Source: Halarcobacter sp. (GTDB lineage: Bacteria > Campylobacterota > Campylobacteria > Campylobacterales > Arcobacteraceae). From it: a stretch of 64,000 nt of DNA. The translations under genes and the position numbers were made by a program. The stretch is from NCBI GenBank assembly GCA_048571215.1, contig CP182352.1, positions 3,072,001 to 3,136,000 on the forward strand, in the 5' to 3' direction. Below are positions 48,712-62,729 of the stretch, piece by piece. Below the pieces are notes generated by a model, which was not told the DNA's origin, did no database searches, and was given only the letters and a program-made list of their open reading frames with translations. Each line of letters opens with the position of its first letter. Position 1 is the first letter of the stretch.

Positions 48712-51700
48712 GAAACATCCTTTAGAAGATCTAAGGCTTCTTTGAATTTATATTTATTTAAAAGTGCTTTTAGTTTATTTAAAAACTTTCTATTTTTACT
48801 ACTTAAGTTTTCTAAATCTATATTATCCAAAGCCTCTTGAATATGTTTTGGTCTATTTGTTTTTAAAGCTTCCTTTAATTTGGAAAAAATTTGATTTGAA
48901 TCATTATCTAAATCTATAAACTGGTAAGTTTCTACCTTCTCTTCATTAAGCCAAGGTTTTAATTCATCAATTATTTTATGTAACTCTTTTACAAATTGAT
49001 TAATCATACTTATATCACTTTTTTCATCAATTGTTTTTATATACTTATGTAGATTTAAGGCCCCAATATTTTTTGATAAACCTTTTAAAGTATGAGTATA
49101 TCTTTTAAAATCCTCTATATTATCCCTATGCATTTTCAATAATTTTTCTTCATCTATATCTAAATTAGCTTTACAAAAGTCATTTAATATTTTCTTATAA
49201 AGTTTACTGTTATCTGCCATATACTCTAAACCGAGTTTTGTATCTATATTTTTAAACTTAGGAATATCTATCTTATTTTCTAATGTAATTTCAGATATTT
49301 TATCTGTTTTCTTAGTTATATATTTTAAAAGTATTGCATAAAATTTTTCAACATCAATAGGTTTATTTAAATGGGAGTTCATACCTAACTCTTCTGTTTT
49401 TAAAACATCCTCTTTCATTACATTTGCAGTTAAAGCAACTATAGGTATTTGTTTATTTATATCTCTAATTATTTTAGTTGCTTCATAACCATCCATTATA
49501 GGCATTTGAATATCCATTAAGATGAGTTCATACTGGTTTTTATCAAATAACTCTATAGCTTCTTTACCATTAGTAGCTATATCTAATATTATTCCACTAT
49601 CCTCTAATAAGCCAAAAATTATATCTTGATTTACAACACAATCTTCAACTAAAAGAATTCTACTACCTTTTAAAGTTGTAATAGTGTTTTTTAAACTTTT
49701 TATTTGTGTATGATGGTTTATTTTTGAATAGAGTTCATCTGTAAATAACTCTGTTAAAAGATCATTTAAAACAGATGGATTTATAGGCTTTTGTAAAAAA
49801 ATATCTATACCAACCTCTTTTGCTGCATATACAATTGATTCTTGCCTAAAACTAGTAACCATAATAACTGTTGGTGGTATATCTGATTTTGATTGCTCTT
49901 TTATTATCCTTGTAGTCTCAATACCATCAATATATGGCATATTCCAATCCATCAAAATCAAATCGAAACTACTGTTTTCTTTCACTTTTTTTATCGCTTC
50001 TTCACCACTTGAGGCCAAATCTATTTTTATTTTAAAACTTTTTAATATATTTTCTAATATCTCTAACCATAATTTATTATCATCTACTATTAAAACTTTT
50101 TTATTTGAAAAATAGTTATATGTTTTTGGATTTTCGTCCAAAGCTTCAAGCTCCACTTCAAAAGTAAAACTACTTCCAATACCTTTTTCACTTTGCACAT
50201 AAATAGAACCATTCATTAACTCAACAAGTTGTTTAGAGATGATTAAACCAAGTCCTGTACCACCATATCTTCTTGTAGTACTACCATCTGCTTGTGAAAA
50301 AGACTTAAAGAGTTTATTTTGCTCCTCTAAAGTTAAACCTATTCCCGTATCAGTAACTTCAAAAAGATATCTATCATCATTAATTCTTTTGATTATAAGT
50401 TGTATAGAACCTTCATTTGTAAATTTTACAGCATTACTAAGTAGGTTAATTAATACTTGAGAAATTCTTAAAGAATCTCCATAAAAATTCTTGCTCATTC
50501 CAATATCATAGTTAACAATAAGCTCAATATCTTTTTCATTTGCTTTTAACTCAATAAGATTTATAACTGAGTCTATCAAATCAAACATATTAAATTTTGT
50601 TTTTTCTATGGTTAATTTTCCAGCTTCAATTTTTGAAAAATCAAGAATATCATTGATAATATTTAAAAGAGTTTTTGCACTATTATCAATCTTTTGAATA
50701 TATTTTTTTTGTTTCTCATTTAAATTACTTTGTAAGGCTAAATAAGCCATACCTATTATCCCATTCATAGGAGTTCTTATCTCATGGGACATATTTGCCA
50801 AAAACTCTGATTTTGCTTTTGTTGCTGATTCTGCTTTTATTTTTGCTACTTCTAACTCTTTCGTTCTCTCTTCAACTTTTTCTTCAAGATTTTTTCTATT
50901 GTTTTTAACTTCGTTTACCATTGAATCAAAATTGTTTAATAATTTATCAATTTCAGTGATATTAACTCGATTTTGTTTCTTATAGCTATCTAGTTGTTCT
51001 GTATTATTAGAAAGTCTCACAATTGGTTGTGATAACTTTCTTGATAGATATTTTGCTCTTTTATATAAGGCTAATAAAACCAATATTAAAATTGGAATTA
51101 ATATCACTAAAACAAACATAGCAACTTTTGTTGCAAATTGATGAACAACCAAACTCTCTTCTATAACTTTATTTTTATCTATAAGAAAAAATACCTTCCA
51201 ATTTGTTCCTTCTATATTACGATTTTCAACTAAAAAATTTCTATTTTTAAAATTAAACTCTCCTGTTTGAACACCTTTATTAAAATAATCACTAAACTGT
51301 TTTGAGACATTTTTATTTTGATGTTTTAGCAAATTATGTTCAATAGGTTTTAGTATTTCATGAATAACCAATTCATTTTTATCATTTTTTTTAAGTTTTA
51401 CCAAATCTAAAAAAAGATTTAATTTATCTGAAATAGCGATTATCATCCCCTTATCATCTGTTAGAAAGACCTCTCCATTAAAAGGAATGTCACTAGCTAA
51501 AAGCTCTTTTGCTAGGGATTTTATAGGAACATCTACTCCAACAACTCCTCTAAAATTATCTTTTTTATCATAAATAGGCTGTATGTATGAAGTCATCCAG
51601 CCTTGCATTGCTGGGTCTAAATAAATAGAGCTCCATAAAGCTTTTTTTGAAGGGTTGTGGGTTAAGTCTGCTTCATAATAGAAACTCCAATCAAAAAAAT

Positions 51701-52271
51701 TAGTTACATCTGACATATAATTATGTATCTGAATAAAAGGATAATATCGTATCATTGCATTACTATCAATAATCCATGAGGCAACTACAGCTTCATTGGC
51801 TTCAACTGCATTTTTTAAAGGTATATCTAGCCATTGAGTTTTTATTAGGTAATGTTCAATATCTTTTCTTGATAATTTTGTAAATAAAAAAGAGGTGGCA
51901 TTTGCCCCACCAATATCATTTTTTTGGAAAACTAAACCATATTTATCTTTTTCAAATATCACATTTTTATTAAGTATTGTATATTTTTCACTATTTTTAT
52001 AATAGTGTTCTGCCCTTGCAAAAATATTTTTATGGCTATCTGATATACTTTTCATTTTATTTTTTATGATATTAGATTCTCTGTTAACAGAATACTCTAA
52101 AGAGTCCCTTGCATTATTTATAATATTTTTCTCATTCTCTTTTGAGATATAATTTATCATAAAATAGTATGTCCCCAATAAAAATATGGAGATTACTAAA
52201 ATAGGTATCCATGTGGCATATGATATATTTTCAACTAATAACTGGGATAGAGTTTTCTCTTTTTTTTCCAT
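48708..52271 (-). CDS. Hybrid sensor histidine kinase (dCache, HisKA, HATPase, REC, REC, Hpt)
   Basis: Two TM helices flank a Cache domain (WSSIYLDP...GVVGVDV). [41 protein letters not shown]. Confidence 0.92.
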   Translation of the reverse strand: MEKKEKTLSQLLVENISYATWIPILVISIFLLGTYYFMINYISKENEKNIINNARDSLEYSVNRESNIIKNKMKSISDSHKNIFARAEHYYKNSEKYTILNKNVIFEKDKYGLVFQKNDIGGANATSFLFTKLSRKDIEHYLIKTQWLDIPLKNAVEANEAVVASWIIDSNAMIRYYPFIQIHNYMSDVTNFFDWSFYYEADLTHNPSKKALWSSIYLDPAMQGWMTSYIQPIYDKKDNFRGVVGVDVPIKSLAKELLASDIPFNGEVFLTDDKGMIIAISDKLNLFLDLVKLKKNDKNELVIHEILKPIEHNLLKHQNKNVSKQFSDYFNKGVQTGEFNFKNRNFLVENRNIEGTNWKVFFLIDKNKVIEESLVVHQFATKVAMFVLVILIPILILVLLALYKRAKYLSRKLSQPIVRLSNNTEQLDSYKKQNRVNITEIDKLLNNFDSMVNEVKNNRKNLEEKVEERTKELEVAKIKAESATKAKSEFLANMSHEIRTPMNGIIGMAYLALQSNLNEKQKKYIQKIDNSAKTLLNIINDILDFSKIEAGKLTIEKTKFNMFDLIDSVINLIELKANEKDIELIVNYDIGMSKNFYGDSLRISQVLINLLSNAVKFTNEGSIQLIIKRINDDRYLFEVTDTGIGLTLEEQNKLFKSFSQADGSTTRRYGGTGLGLIISKQLVELMNGSIYVQSEKGIGSSFTFEVELEALDENPKTYNYFSNKKVLIVDDNKLWLEILENILKSFKIKIDLASSGEEAIKKVKENSSFDLILMDWNMPYIDGIETTRIIKEQSKSDIPPTVIMVTSFRQESIVYAAKEVGIDIFLQKPINPSVLNDLLTELFTDELYSKINHHTQIKSLKNTITTLKGSRILLVEDCVVNQDIIFGLLEDSGIILDIATNGKEAIELFDKNQYELILMDIQMPIMDGYEATKIIRDINKQIPIVALTANVMKEDVLKTEELGMNSHLNKPIDVEKFYAILLKYITKKTDKISEITLENKIDIPKFKNIDTKLGLEYMADNSKLYKKILNDFCKANLDIDEEKLLKMHRDNIEDFKRYTHTLKGLSKNIGALNLHKYIKTIDEKSDISMINQFVKELHKIIDELKPWLNEEKVETYQFIDLDNDSNQIFSKLKEALKTNRPKHIQEALDNIDLENLSSKNRKFLNKLKALLNKYKFKEALDLLKDVS

Positions 52272-52278
52272 TCACATC

Positions 52279-53880
52279 TCACTCAAAATAATTTGATGCA
52301 GTTAAATCACTAATAAACTGTTTAATTAATTTTTTCGTAACATGACTCATAATATAAATATGTGCATATTCCCTTTTTTCACCATTAACATACAACTCTT
52401 CAGTAGATAATGAATATTTAAAAATCAATTTTTTATTTGGTTTTTTCATTCTAATAGTCAAAGAAAAAGGTGATCGTTGAATCCAGAGTTTATTTTTTTT
52501 ATCAAGATTTTTCAGTTTTTCATAGGTATAGTGTGCCATATTTTCAACTTTTACAACCTCTTTTACATGACTTTTAAAAGAGTTATTAGACAAATACTCC
52601 CAAAGTATAAGGGGTGAAAAACCATTTCTTGAGCCTGCAAAAGTAGTATCAGGAGAACCAATATACATAGGATCATCCACAGGTTTAAGTTGATATTTAA
52701 TACGCGACATATAAATCCCAGTAGGCCATGGGGAACCTATCCATTTATGACCACTCATTGATATGGAATGTATCTGTTTTAATCTAAAATCAAAAATAGG
52801 AAATTTATAATCTTTTGAAGGTTTTTTTATCAACTTTTGTTTTAATGCTTCTTCAATATATGGCATATAAGCAGCTCCTAATGCACCATCAACATGAAAC
52901 CAAAAGCCATTTCTTTTATTTTTTTTATTATTGTTATACTCAATATCTCTTTTATATAAACCATATTTTTTTAAAATAGGAATTATCTTATCAACAGCTT
53001 CTTTCACATTATCATATGCCCCTTTAAAAGTGCTTCCATAATTAAAAGATACAAGTATTGGATGCCCTTTTGAAGCAAAAAACTCTACAAGTTTTACTAA
53101 TGCTGGAATATATATGCTACCATCTTGATTTGATGGAACCTCTTTTGGCCATCCATTTTCTAAATACTTCAAGGAAAAGTCTTTTGGGTAGTCCTCTATT
53201 GTTAATGGACAATCATATTCTTTTTTCATTGCTTCATTAAAAAATGTTGATATTTTTAATACTTCCATAGCTTTAACTATAGAATAATGTGCATCTTGTG
53301 AATAAAATGATATAGGTATAAATTCGTTTTTATTATTATCTTTTGTTTTACCATATGCTGATATTAAATTTTGATTTATAAAACACTCTGTATTTTTTGA
53401 AAGTTTACTTAAGTGTTTTGTTTTAGTCTCTTTTTTTTCATCTATTAAAAGAAATTTACCCTCTAAATAATCTCTAGCGCTTAAAAGTCCAAAAATATTT
53501 GCTTCTGTACACCCCATTGAAACAACATATCCCCAAAACTCATCTTTTTTTAACTTTTTAGTTCTATCTTTATTATTCCAAAGCTTAGCAAAGTATCTTA
53601 ATACTTCCCTTTCAACAGCTTTTGTATTTGTAGTTAAGTTACCATCAACAAAGGGGTCTCCAACATTATTTAAAGATATATTTAAATACTGCGAATAATT
53701 TTTTTGATAATCTATTTTTTCATTAACCTGGTAACCTAAAAAATTCTTTTTTTGAGTAAACTCATAATCATCCAATTTATTCAAAACTTTTGTTTTTTTG
53801 ATTTTAGACATTTTTTGATTATCTATTTTAAAGATTTTATCATCCAAAGCTGACGTTGTATTATTCAAATAATTATTCAT
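52279..53880 (-). CDS. PLP-dependent group II amino acid decarboxylase (histidine/serine decarboxylase-like)
   Basis: LNNVGDPF, FWGYV..MGCTEAN, HYSIVKA, HVDGALG, SGHK (PLP lysine), TFAGSRNG. Confidence 0.85.
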   Translation of the reverse strand: MNNYLNNTTSALDDKIFKIDNQKMSKIKKTKVLNKLDDYEFTQKKNFLGYQVNEKIDYQKNYSQYLNISLNNVGDPFVDGNLTTNTKAVEREVLRYFAKLWNNKDRTKKLKKDEFWGYVVSMGCTEANIFGLLSARDYLEGKFLLIDEKKETKTKHLSKLSKNTECFINQNLISAYGKTKDNNKNEFIPISFYSQDAHYSIVKAMEVLKISTFFNEAMKKEYDCPLTIEDYPKDFSLKYLENGWPKEVPSNQDGSIYIPALVKLVEFFASKGHPILVSFNYGSTFKGAYDNVKEAVDKIIPILKKYGLYKRDIEYNNNKKNKRNGFWFHVDGALGAAYMPYIEEALKQKLIKKPSKDYKFPIFDFRLKQIHSISMSGHKWIGSPWPTGIYMSRIKYQLKPVDDPMYIGSPDTTFAGSRNGFSPLILWEYLSNNSFKSHVKEVVKVENMAHYTYEKLKNLDKKNKLWIQRSPFSLTIRMKKPNKKLIFKYSLSTEELYVNGEKREYAHIYIMSHVTKKLIKQFISDLTASNYFE

Positions 53881-53987
53881 TTTAAACCCCTTTTTTTAAT
53901 TTGTTAAAGTAAACTTATTATAACCTAAATAAATAAGTTTATTATTATAATCTAATTTATTTATAAAAAAAGAATTTTAAAAAATAT

Positions 53988-54491
53988 TTAGTAGAGTTTT
54001 CCATATATATCAATATATGTAAGATATACTCTTAAATCGAACTCATATTGATGATAATTTGATTCCATAAAAGTGCAAAGCTTATAAAAAGATTTGTTGT
54101 GTTGTTTTTCTTTTAAATGAGCTAATTCGTGAATAACTATCATTCTAAGGAACTCTTCTGGTACATTTTTAAATAAAGTTCCTATTCGTATCTCATTTTT
54201 ACTTTTTAGTTTTCCACCTTGAACTCGTGATATAAAAGTGTGTAAACCTAAAGCATCATTTATAACATTGATTTTCCCATCATAAAGAACCTTACTAAGT
54301 GGTAAGGATTTTTTTAGAAACTGATTTTTTATATCTATTGTGTACTCATATAAAGCTTTATCACTTTTGTATTCATGGGAAGTTTTATATTTGCTAAGAA
54401 GATATTTATCTAATTTTTTATCTTCAATTAATTTAGCAATTTGTAAAACTATGTTTTTTGGATAGTGTTCAAGATATTTTAGTTTTTTCAT
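53988..54491 (-). CDS. YgjP-like (M48/DUF45) metallohydrolase
   Basis: MIVIHELAHLKEK.H.K.FY.LC and RVQGGKLK. Confidence 0.85.
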   Translation of the reverse strand: MKKLKYLEHYPKNIVLQIAKLIEDKKLDKYLLSKYKTSHEYKSDKALYEYTIDIKNQFLKKSLPLSKVLYDGKINVINDALGLHTFISRVQGGKLKSKNEIRIGTLFKNVPEEFLRMIVIHELAHLKEKQHNKSFYKLCTFMESNYHQYEFDLRVYLTYIDIYGKLY

Positions 54492-54506
54492 ATAAATTTT
54501 ATAAAG

Positions 54507-56231
54507 TTAAACCTCTTCTAACCTTTTGTCAAACTGAGCATTTAACTTATCAAGTTCATTTTGCAGTTGTTGTAATCTAGCTTGTTTTTTAGATTTTTCT
54601 GTTGGATTTAGCCCTTCAATCTCTTCTATCTCGGTTTTGATTGGTTTTGTTGCTTTGCTTTTTTCTGTAACAATTGCAGCTCTTAGTTTTTTTATCTCTT
54701 TTTTATTCCTTTTAGGTTTTACAACTTTCTTTTTTTCAGTTCCATCATCATCTTCCCAACCAATTTTTTCTAAAAACTCATCATAAGTTCCATTAAAATA
54801 ATCAGCTCCCTCGTTTGTAAATACAATCAATCTATCACAAACAGCTCTTAATAACTCCTCACTGTGAGTTACAATCATACAAGAACCCTCAAAGGCTTTA
54901 ATAGCATTTGTAAGTGCATCTATAGAATCAATATCCAAGTGGTTTGTTGGCTCATCTAGGAAAAGCAGATTTACATCTTGCGCTATTATTTTCCCTAGCA
55001 TAACTCTTGATTTTTCTCCACCTGAAAGAAGAGAGATTTTTTTCTTAGCATTATCTCCACTAAACATCATAATTCCACAAATAGTTCTAATAACAGCTTC
55101 TGGGAGTTTATGATTTACACTATAAATCTCATCCATTATTGTATTGTTTTGATTTAGATGTGAAATATTTGTTTGTCCAAAATGTCCAAAAACACAAGAT
55201 GGGTGAAAATCAACACCTCCACTTAAAGCTTCAAGTTCCCCTGCAATGGCATTTAATAAAGTTGATTTACCCTTACCATTTTTACCAATAATCCCAATAG
55301 TTTCACCTCTTGACAATGCAAAAGTTATATTTTTGAAAAGGATATTCTCTTTTGTGTAACCAAAAGATAAATCTTTTACTTCAACTAAAAATTTTGCCGC
55401 CGTATCTTTGTAGTTAAAATCAAATTTTAAATTTGCATCATATTCAATATCTTCTAAGATATCCATTTTTTCTAAGATTTTAACCTTTGATTGGGCTAAG
55501 GTTGCTGTTGCTGCTCTTGCTTTATTTTTAGCAATAAACTCTTCAAGATCTTTTATCTTTTTTTCTTGTGCAATTTTTTGTTTTTCGTGGTGCTCTTCAT
55601 TTGCTAATATTTGCTCATAAAATTTTCGCGTACCACCTTGAATTAAAAGAGCATTACGTCTTACTATACCCAAAGTATGTGTACAAACACTATCCATAAA
55701 ATCTCTATCATGGGTGATTAATATCACTTCCCCTTGAAATGATTTTAAAAAAGCTTTTAGCCAACGAATTGAAAGAATATCCAAGTAGTTTGTAGGCTCA
55801 TCAAGTAAAAGCATATTTGGTTCAGTTAAAAGTAGTTTTGCTAGATTTATCCTAATTTGAAAACCACCAGAAAAAGCCTTTGGGTCTTTTTCTAAATCCT
55901 CTTGTGTAAAACCAAGACCAAAAAGTATCTTCTCAGCCTTGTAAATATCATACTTATCCTCTTCACTTAAAGCTAATGCAGTTTCATCGATAAGTTTTTT
56001 TTCTGTAAAATCAAAATATTGTTTTAAAGCACCAATCTTATAAGCCTTAGGAAATTTTATCTCCCCACTATCAGCATGCTCTTCCCCAAGAATAAGTTTA
56101 AAAAGCGTTGATTTACCAGTACCATTACGCCCCACAAGACCAACCTTATCCCCTGCATTTAGTCGCAAATTTAGATCACTATACAGTTGGCTTGTTGGAT
56201 AACTTTTTGATATATTGATTAGTTCAATCAT
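54507..56231 (-). CDS. ABC-F family ATPase
   Basis: Two ABC domains (GRNGTGKS, LLDEPTNYLD; GKNGKGKS, LSGGEK, LDEPTNHLD) and no TM segments. Confidence 0.92.
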   Translation of the reverse strand: MIELINISKSYPTSQLYSDLNLRLNAGDKVGLVGRNGTGKSTLFKLILGEEHADSGEIKFPKAYKIGALKQYFDFTEKKLIDETALALSEEDKYDIYKAEKILFGLGFTQEDLEKDPKAFSGGFQIRINLAKLLLTEPNMLLLDEPTNYLDILSIRWLKAFLKSFQGEVILITHDRDFMDSVCTHTLGIVRRNALLIQGGTRKFYEQILANEEHHEKQKIAQEKKIKDLEEFIAKNKARAATATLAQSKVKILEKMDILEDIEYDANLKFDFNYKDTAAKFLVEVKDLSFGYTKENILFKNITFALSRGETIGIIGKNGKGKSTLLNAIAGELEALSGGVDFHPSCVFGHFGQTNISHLNQNNTIMDEIYSVNHKLPEAVIRTICGIMMFSGDNAKKKISLLSGGEKSRVMLGKIIAQDVNLLFLDEPTNHLDIDSIDALTNAIKAFEGSCMIVTHSEELLRAVCDRLIVFTNEGADYFNGTYDEFLEKIGWEDDDGTEKKKVVKPKRNKKEIKKLRAAIVTEKSKATKPIKTEIEEIEGLNPTEKSKKQARLQQLQNELDKLNAQFDKRLEEV

Positions 56232-56283
56232 GAATCTTCTTTATATGTTTTGTTTTAATTTCGGGATTATAGGGTATAGTGGA

Positions 56284-56976
56284 TTATAGGTTGGTAAAAT
56301 GTTTTAATTTTTTTAAACTTTCATTAACTTGACTTTTAATCTCTTTGAAATCTAAATCAATTCTTTCTTTTTCATTTAAATAAACAGATTCATCATCAAT
56401 AGGTACTTTTTTATATTTTATAAAATTGATAATATCATTTGTTGATTTTATTTTACTATCCATCTTTGAAAATAATTCAATTATTTCTTTTTCTGATAAT
56501 ACATTATGTTCTAATAGACTTCCAAAATCAAATAAATCTCTCGATTTATCTCTCATAACTAATGCAACTATTTTTAATTTTGCAATTGATTTTAAATCTA
56601 ATATTTTAAGTTTGCTACTCTCAAAATTGGAAAAAGAAGCTTTTGATAATATTTCTTTTTGTATTAATCTATTTGCTTGAAAAAATTCTAATTTTACATC
56701 ATCAAGTATAAATTTAATTATATACTCATCTGGAAATAATCCAGCCATTCTCAATGCAGTTACATTTTCATCTTGTATTTTAATTGCTCCAATTGCAGTA
56801 ATACTAGGAATAATTTTTTTGTAAGGTAAAGCTTCTGCTGATACTATATCAATATCTTCTGAAATTCTATGGTTTAAATAATAAGCTAATGCTGTACCAC
56901 CAGTAAAATAAAGTTTAGAATCAAATATTTTGTTATTGCAAATTTTATCCAATACCTTTTTTACATTAGTTGTCAT
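56284..56976 (-). CDS. AbiEii/AbiGii-family nucleotidyltransferase toxin
   Basis: YFTGGTALA..LNHRISEDID, K..AL..R..SRDLFD. Confidence 0.88.
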   Translation of the reverse strand: MTTNVKKVLDKICNNKIFDSKLYFTGGTALAYYLNHRISEDIDIVSAEALPYKKIIPSITAIGAIKIQDENVTALRMAGLFPDEYIIKFILDDVKLEFFQANRLIQKEILSKASFSNFESSKLKILDLKSIAKLKIVALVMRDKSRDLFDFGSLLEHNVLSEKEIIELFSKMDSKIKSTNDIINFIKYKKVPIDDESVYLNEKERIDLDFKEIKSQVNESLKKLKHFTNL

Positions 56977-57415
56977 TTATTATTCCAAGAAGTTGTTTAT
57001 ACATATCATTTTGTTCAAACTTTCCACTTAAAGGTATATCTATTCCATTTGTAGAGATGAAACCTTTTGCATACATTTTTCTATATTTATCTTTTAAAAC
57101 ACTTTTTACCATATTTTTTCCAAATTGATTACATAATGTTTTAATATCATTTTGGTTCATAGTTGATAAATAATTTGAAATAATAGAATAAACTTTTTGT
57201 TCACTATTTTCATTTGTTTGCCAAAAAAGATTATAGGAATATTTGTTTGGTTCAAATACAACCATATCATCAAGATCCACAGCATTTATTTTTTCTTTTG
57301 CTTCAGCATAATCTAATGATTCTAATAGATTATAAAGTCTAGACCTATTTTTTTTCCAATCTCTTAAAGTTCTATCTGGTACATCTAACAATTTACTAAT
57401 TTGTTGTTGTGTCAT
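56966..57415 (-). CDS. Putative antitoxin/regulator (N-terminal HTH)
   Basis: TQQQISKLLDVPDRTLRDWKK HTH; overlaps the AbiEii gene. Confidence 0.7.
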   Translation of the reverse strand: MTQQQISKLLDVPDRTLRDWKKNRSRLYNLLESLDYAEAKEKINAVDLDDMVVFEPNKYSYNLFWQTNENSEQKVYSIISNYLSTMNQNDIKTLCNQFGKNMVKSVLKDKYRKMYAKGFISTNGIDIPLSGKFEQNDMYKQLLGIINDN

Positions 57416-57441
57416 AGCAAACCTTTAATAATTTTATTTAT

Positions 57442-57470
57442 ATTATAGGCGGTAATCGCCTATTTGTCAA
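57442..57470 (-). promoter_or_regulatory. Consensus sigma70 promoter with an operator palindrome in the spacer
   Basis: The minus strand reads TTGACA-17 bp-TATAAT. ATAGGCG-N5-CGCCTAT lies at 57445-57463. Confidence 0.85.
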
Positions 57471-57530
57471 TAAAATTAATTTTTTTGGTCAATATTTTTT
57501 AATTTATTAATAATTTTAGCTACAAAAGAA

Positions 57531-61067
<3,537 letters not shown>

Positions 61068-61233
61068 TTTATTAGCTCCTATTTATTTATATTAATTAGT
61101 GGAAGTAGTAGACCATGTGAAAAGATGAAAACATTATTCAAGAAGCTAATATCAGGCATTTTAGCCAGTGAATAACTCTTGTTTAATAATTCACATCTTT
61201 TCACATATTTTTCTAAAACTTTTTTTCCACTCC
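61068..61233. other. oriC2: DnaA boxes, DnaA-trios and AT-rich unwinding element
   Basis: TGTGAAAAG 61116, AGTGAATAA 61167, TAATTCACA 61187, CTTTTCACA 61197. The trio-like run TAGTGGAAGTAGTAG (61097-61111) lies next to an A/T-only run (61081-61096). Confidence 0.8.
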
Positions 61234-62541
61234 TTAATTTATGATTTTATTTTTTAAATTTTGAATGATAAGTTTAAAGTTTTCATCATTCTCAATTAGT
61301 TCATTTGTTTTTTGAATATTTTTAGAGATTGAACTATGATCTTTCATTCCTAAAAACTTTGCAATATCAGGCATTGAGTTATGTGTTAACTCCCTTGATA
61401 AGTATATTACTATTCTTCTTGCATTTGCCACAGTTGCAGTTCTTTTTTTAGATTTTATATCACTTGGCTTAATATTTAGTTCATTTGCAACAAGTGAGAT
61501 AATATCTGGCAGTTTTATATTCTCTTTTTTCTCTTTAATTTGTTCTTTTAAAAGATTTTTAGCAAACTCTAGGTTAATCTCTTGGTTAAGTAAAGAGGCA
61601 CTAGCATTGATTCTAATCAAAACCCCCTCTATCTCCCTAATAGAATTATCTAAGTTTGTAGCAATATAGTTAATAATCTCTCTACTTAGATTGATCCCAT
61701 TTAGTTCTGATTTTTTCTCAATAATAGCTATTTTAGTCTCTAATCCTGGGATTTGTATATCTGCTGTTAATCCCCATTCGAATCTTGATTTTAATCTATC
61801 AACAAGTCCAGCAATTTGAGATGGGAGTCTATCTGAGGTCATTACTATTTGTTTTTTTGCATTGTGCAATTCATTGAAGGTGTGAAAAAACTCCTCTTGA
61901 GTTTGTTCTTTTCCACTTAAAAACTGGATATCATCTATCAATAACACATCACATTTTCTGTATTTGTTTCTAAAGTGTTCCATATTTTTATTTTTGATTG
62001 AGAAGGTAAAATCATTCATAAACTGTTCAATTGTCACATATATAACAGTTCTTCCTTTTTCAATAGAGTCATTTCCTATTGCTTGTAAAAGGTGAGTTTT
62101 CCCTAAACCTGTACCACCATACAAAAATAAAGGATTATATTGCACACCTGGTTTATCAGATACTGCAAGTGAGGCATTATATGCCATTTGGTTAGAACTA
62201 CCAACAACAAAAGAATCAAAAGTATATGAAGGGTTTAAGATAGTGCTCTCTGCTGTTTCATTTTTTGCTTTTTCAGAGATAATCTCTTTTTTACTCTTTT
62301 TTTCACCTGTTATTTTTATCTCAATATCAGGCTTAGTTCCATCAAAAATTTCAAAGCAGTGTTGAATTATAGGGGTATATTTACTTTTTATCCAAGAGGC
62401 TACATATTTGTTTGTTACTTCAAAAACTGCTATTTTATCATCCGAAGAGATTTTTTTATAGTTTAGTTGTTTTAAATATTTTTTATAATCAGCAGGATTT
62501 GCCTCTTTTTTGATAATAGTCAAAAAATCTTTGCTCGTCAT
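61234..62541 (-). CDS. dnaA: Chromosomal replication initiator DnaA
   Basis: YTFDSFVVG, YNPLFLYGGTGLGKTHL, IDDIQF, RLKSRF, KDHSSI. Confidence 0.98.
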   Translation of the reverse strand: MTSKDFLTIIKKEANPADYKKYLKQLNYKKISSDDKIAVFEVTNKYVASWIKSKYTPIIQHCFEIFDGTKPDIEIKITGEKKSKKEIISEKAKNETAESTILNPSYTFDSFVVGSSNQMAYNASLAVSDKPGVQYNPLFLYGGTGLGKTHLLQAIGNDSIEKGRTVIYVTIEQFMNDFTFSIKNKNMEHFRNKYRKCDVLLIDDIQFLSGKEQTQEEFFHTFNELHNAKKQIVMTSDRLPSQIAGLVDRLKSRFEWGLTADIQIPGLETKIAIIEKKSELNGINLSREIINYIATNLDNSIREIEGVLIRINASASLLNQEINLEFAKNLLKEQIKEKKENIKLPDIISLVANELNIKPSDIKSKKRTATVANARRIVIYLSRELTHNSMPDIAKFLGMKDHSSISKNIQKTNELIENDENFKLIIQNLKNKIIN

Positions 62542-62729
62542 TAATACACACTCTTTATATATAAATTGTAAAGATTATATCTAAATTTATATTAAAAGTT
62601 TTTCACAGGTGAATAAAATTTTTATATAGGGTGAAAAACTATTAGGTTTTAAGTGAATATTTATTTGTTATTTACCATATTTTAGATACTTTTCATATGT
62701 GAATAAAAAAAAATAGGAAATGTGAAAAG
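62542..62729. other. oriC1 / dnaA promoter region with clustered DnaA boxes
   Basis: TTTTTCACA 62599, GGTGAATAA 62608, GGTGAAAAA 62630, AGTGAATAT 62652, TGTGAATAA 62698, TGTGAAAAG 62721. Confidence 0.78.

Noticed and set aside
52279..53880. Decarboxylase as an acid-resistance or siderophore (histamine for acinetobactin/anguibactin-type) gene
   Set aside because: There is no antiporter, NRPS or TonB receptor nearby, and the gene is tightly linked to signalling genes. A role in trans with distant genes cannot be excluded.
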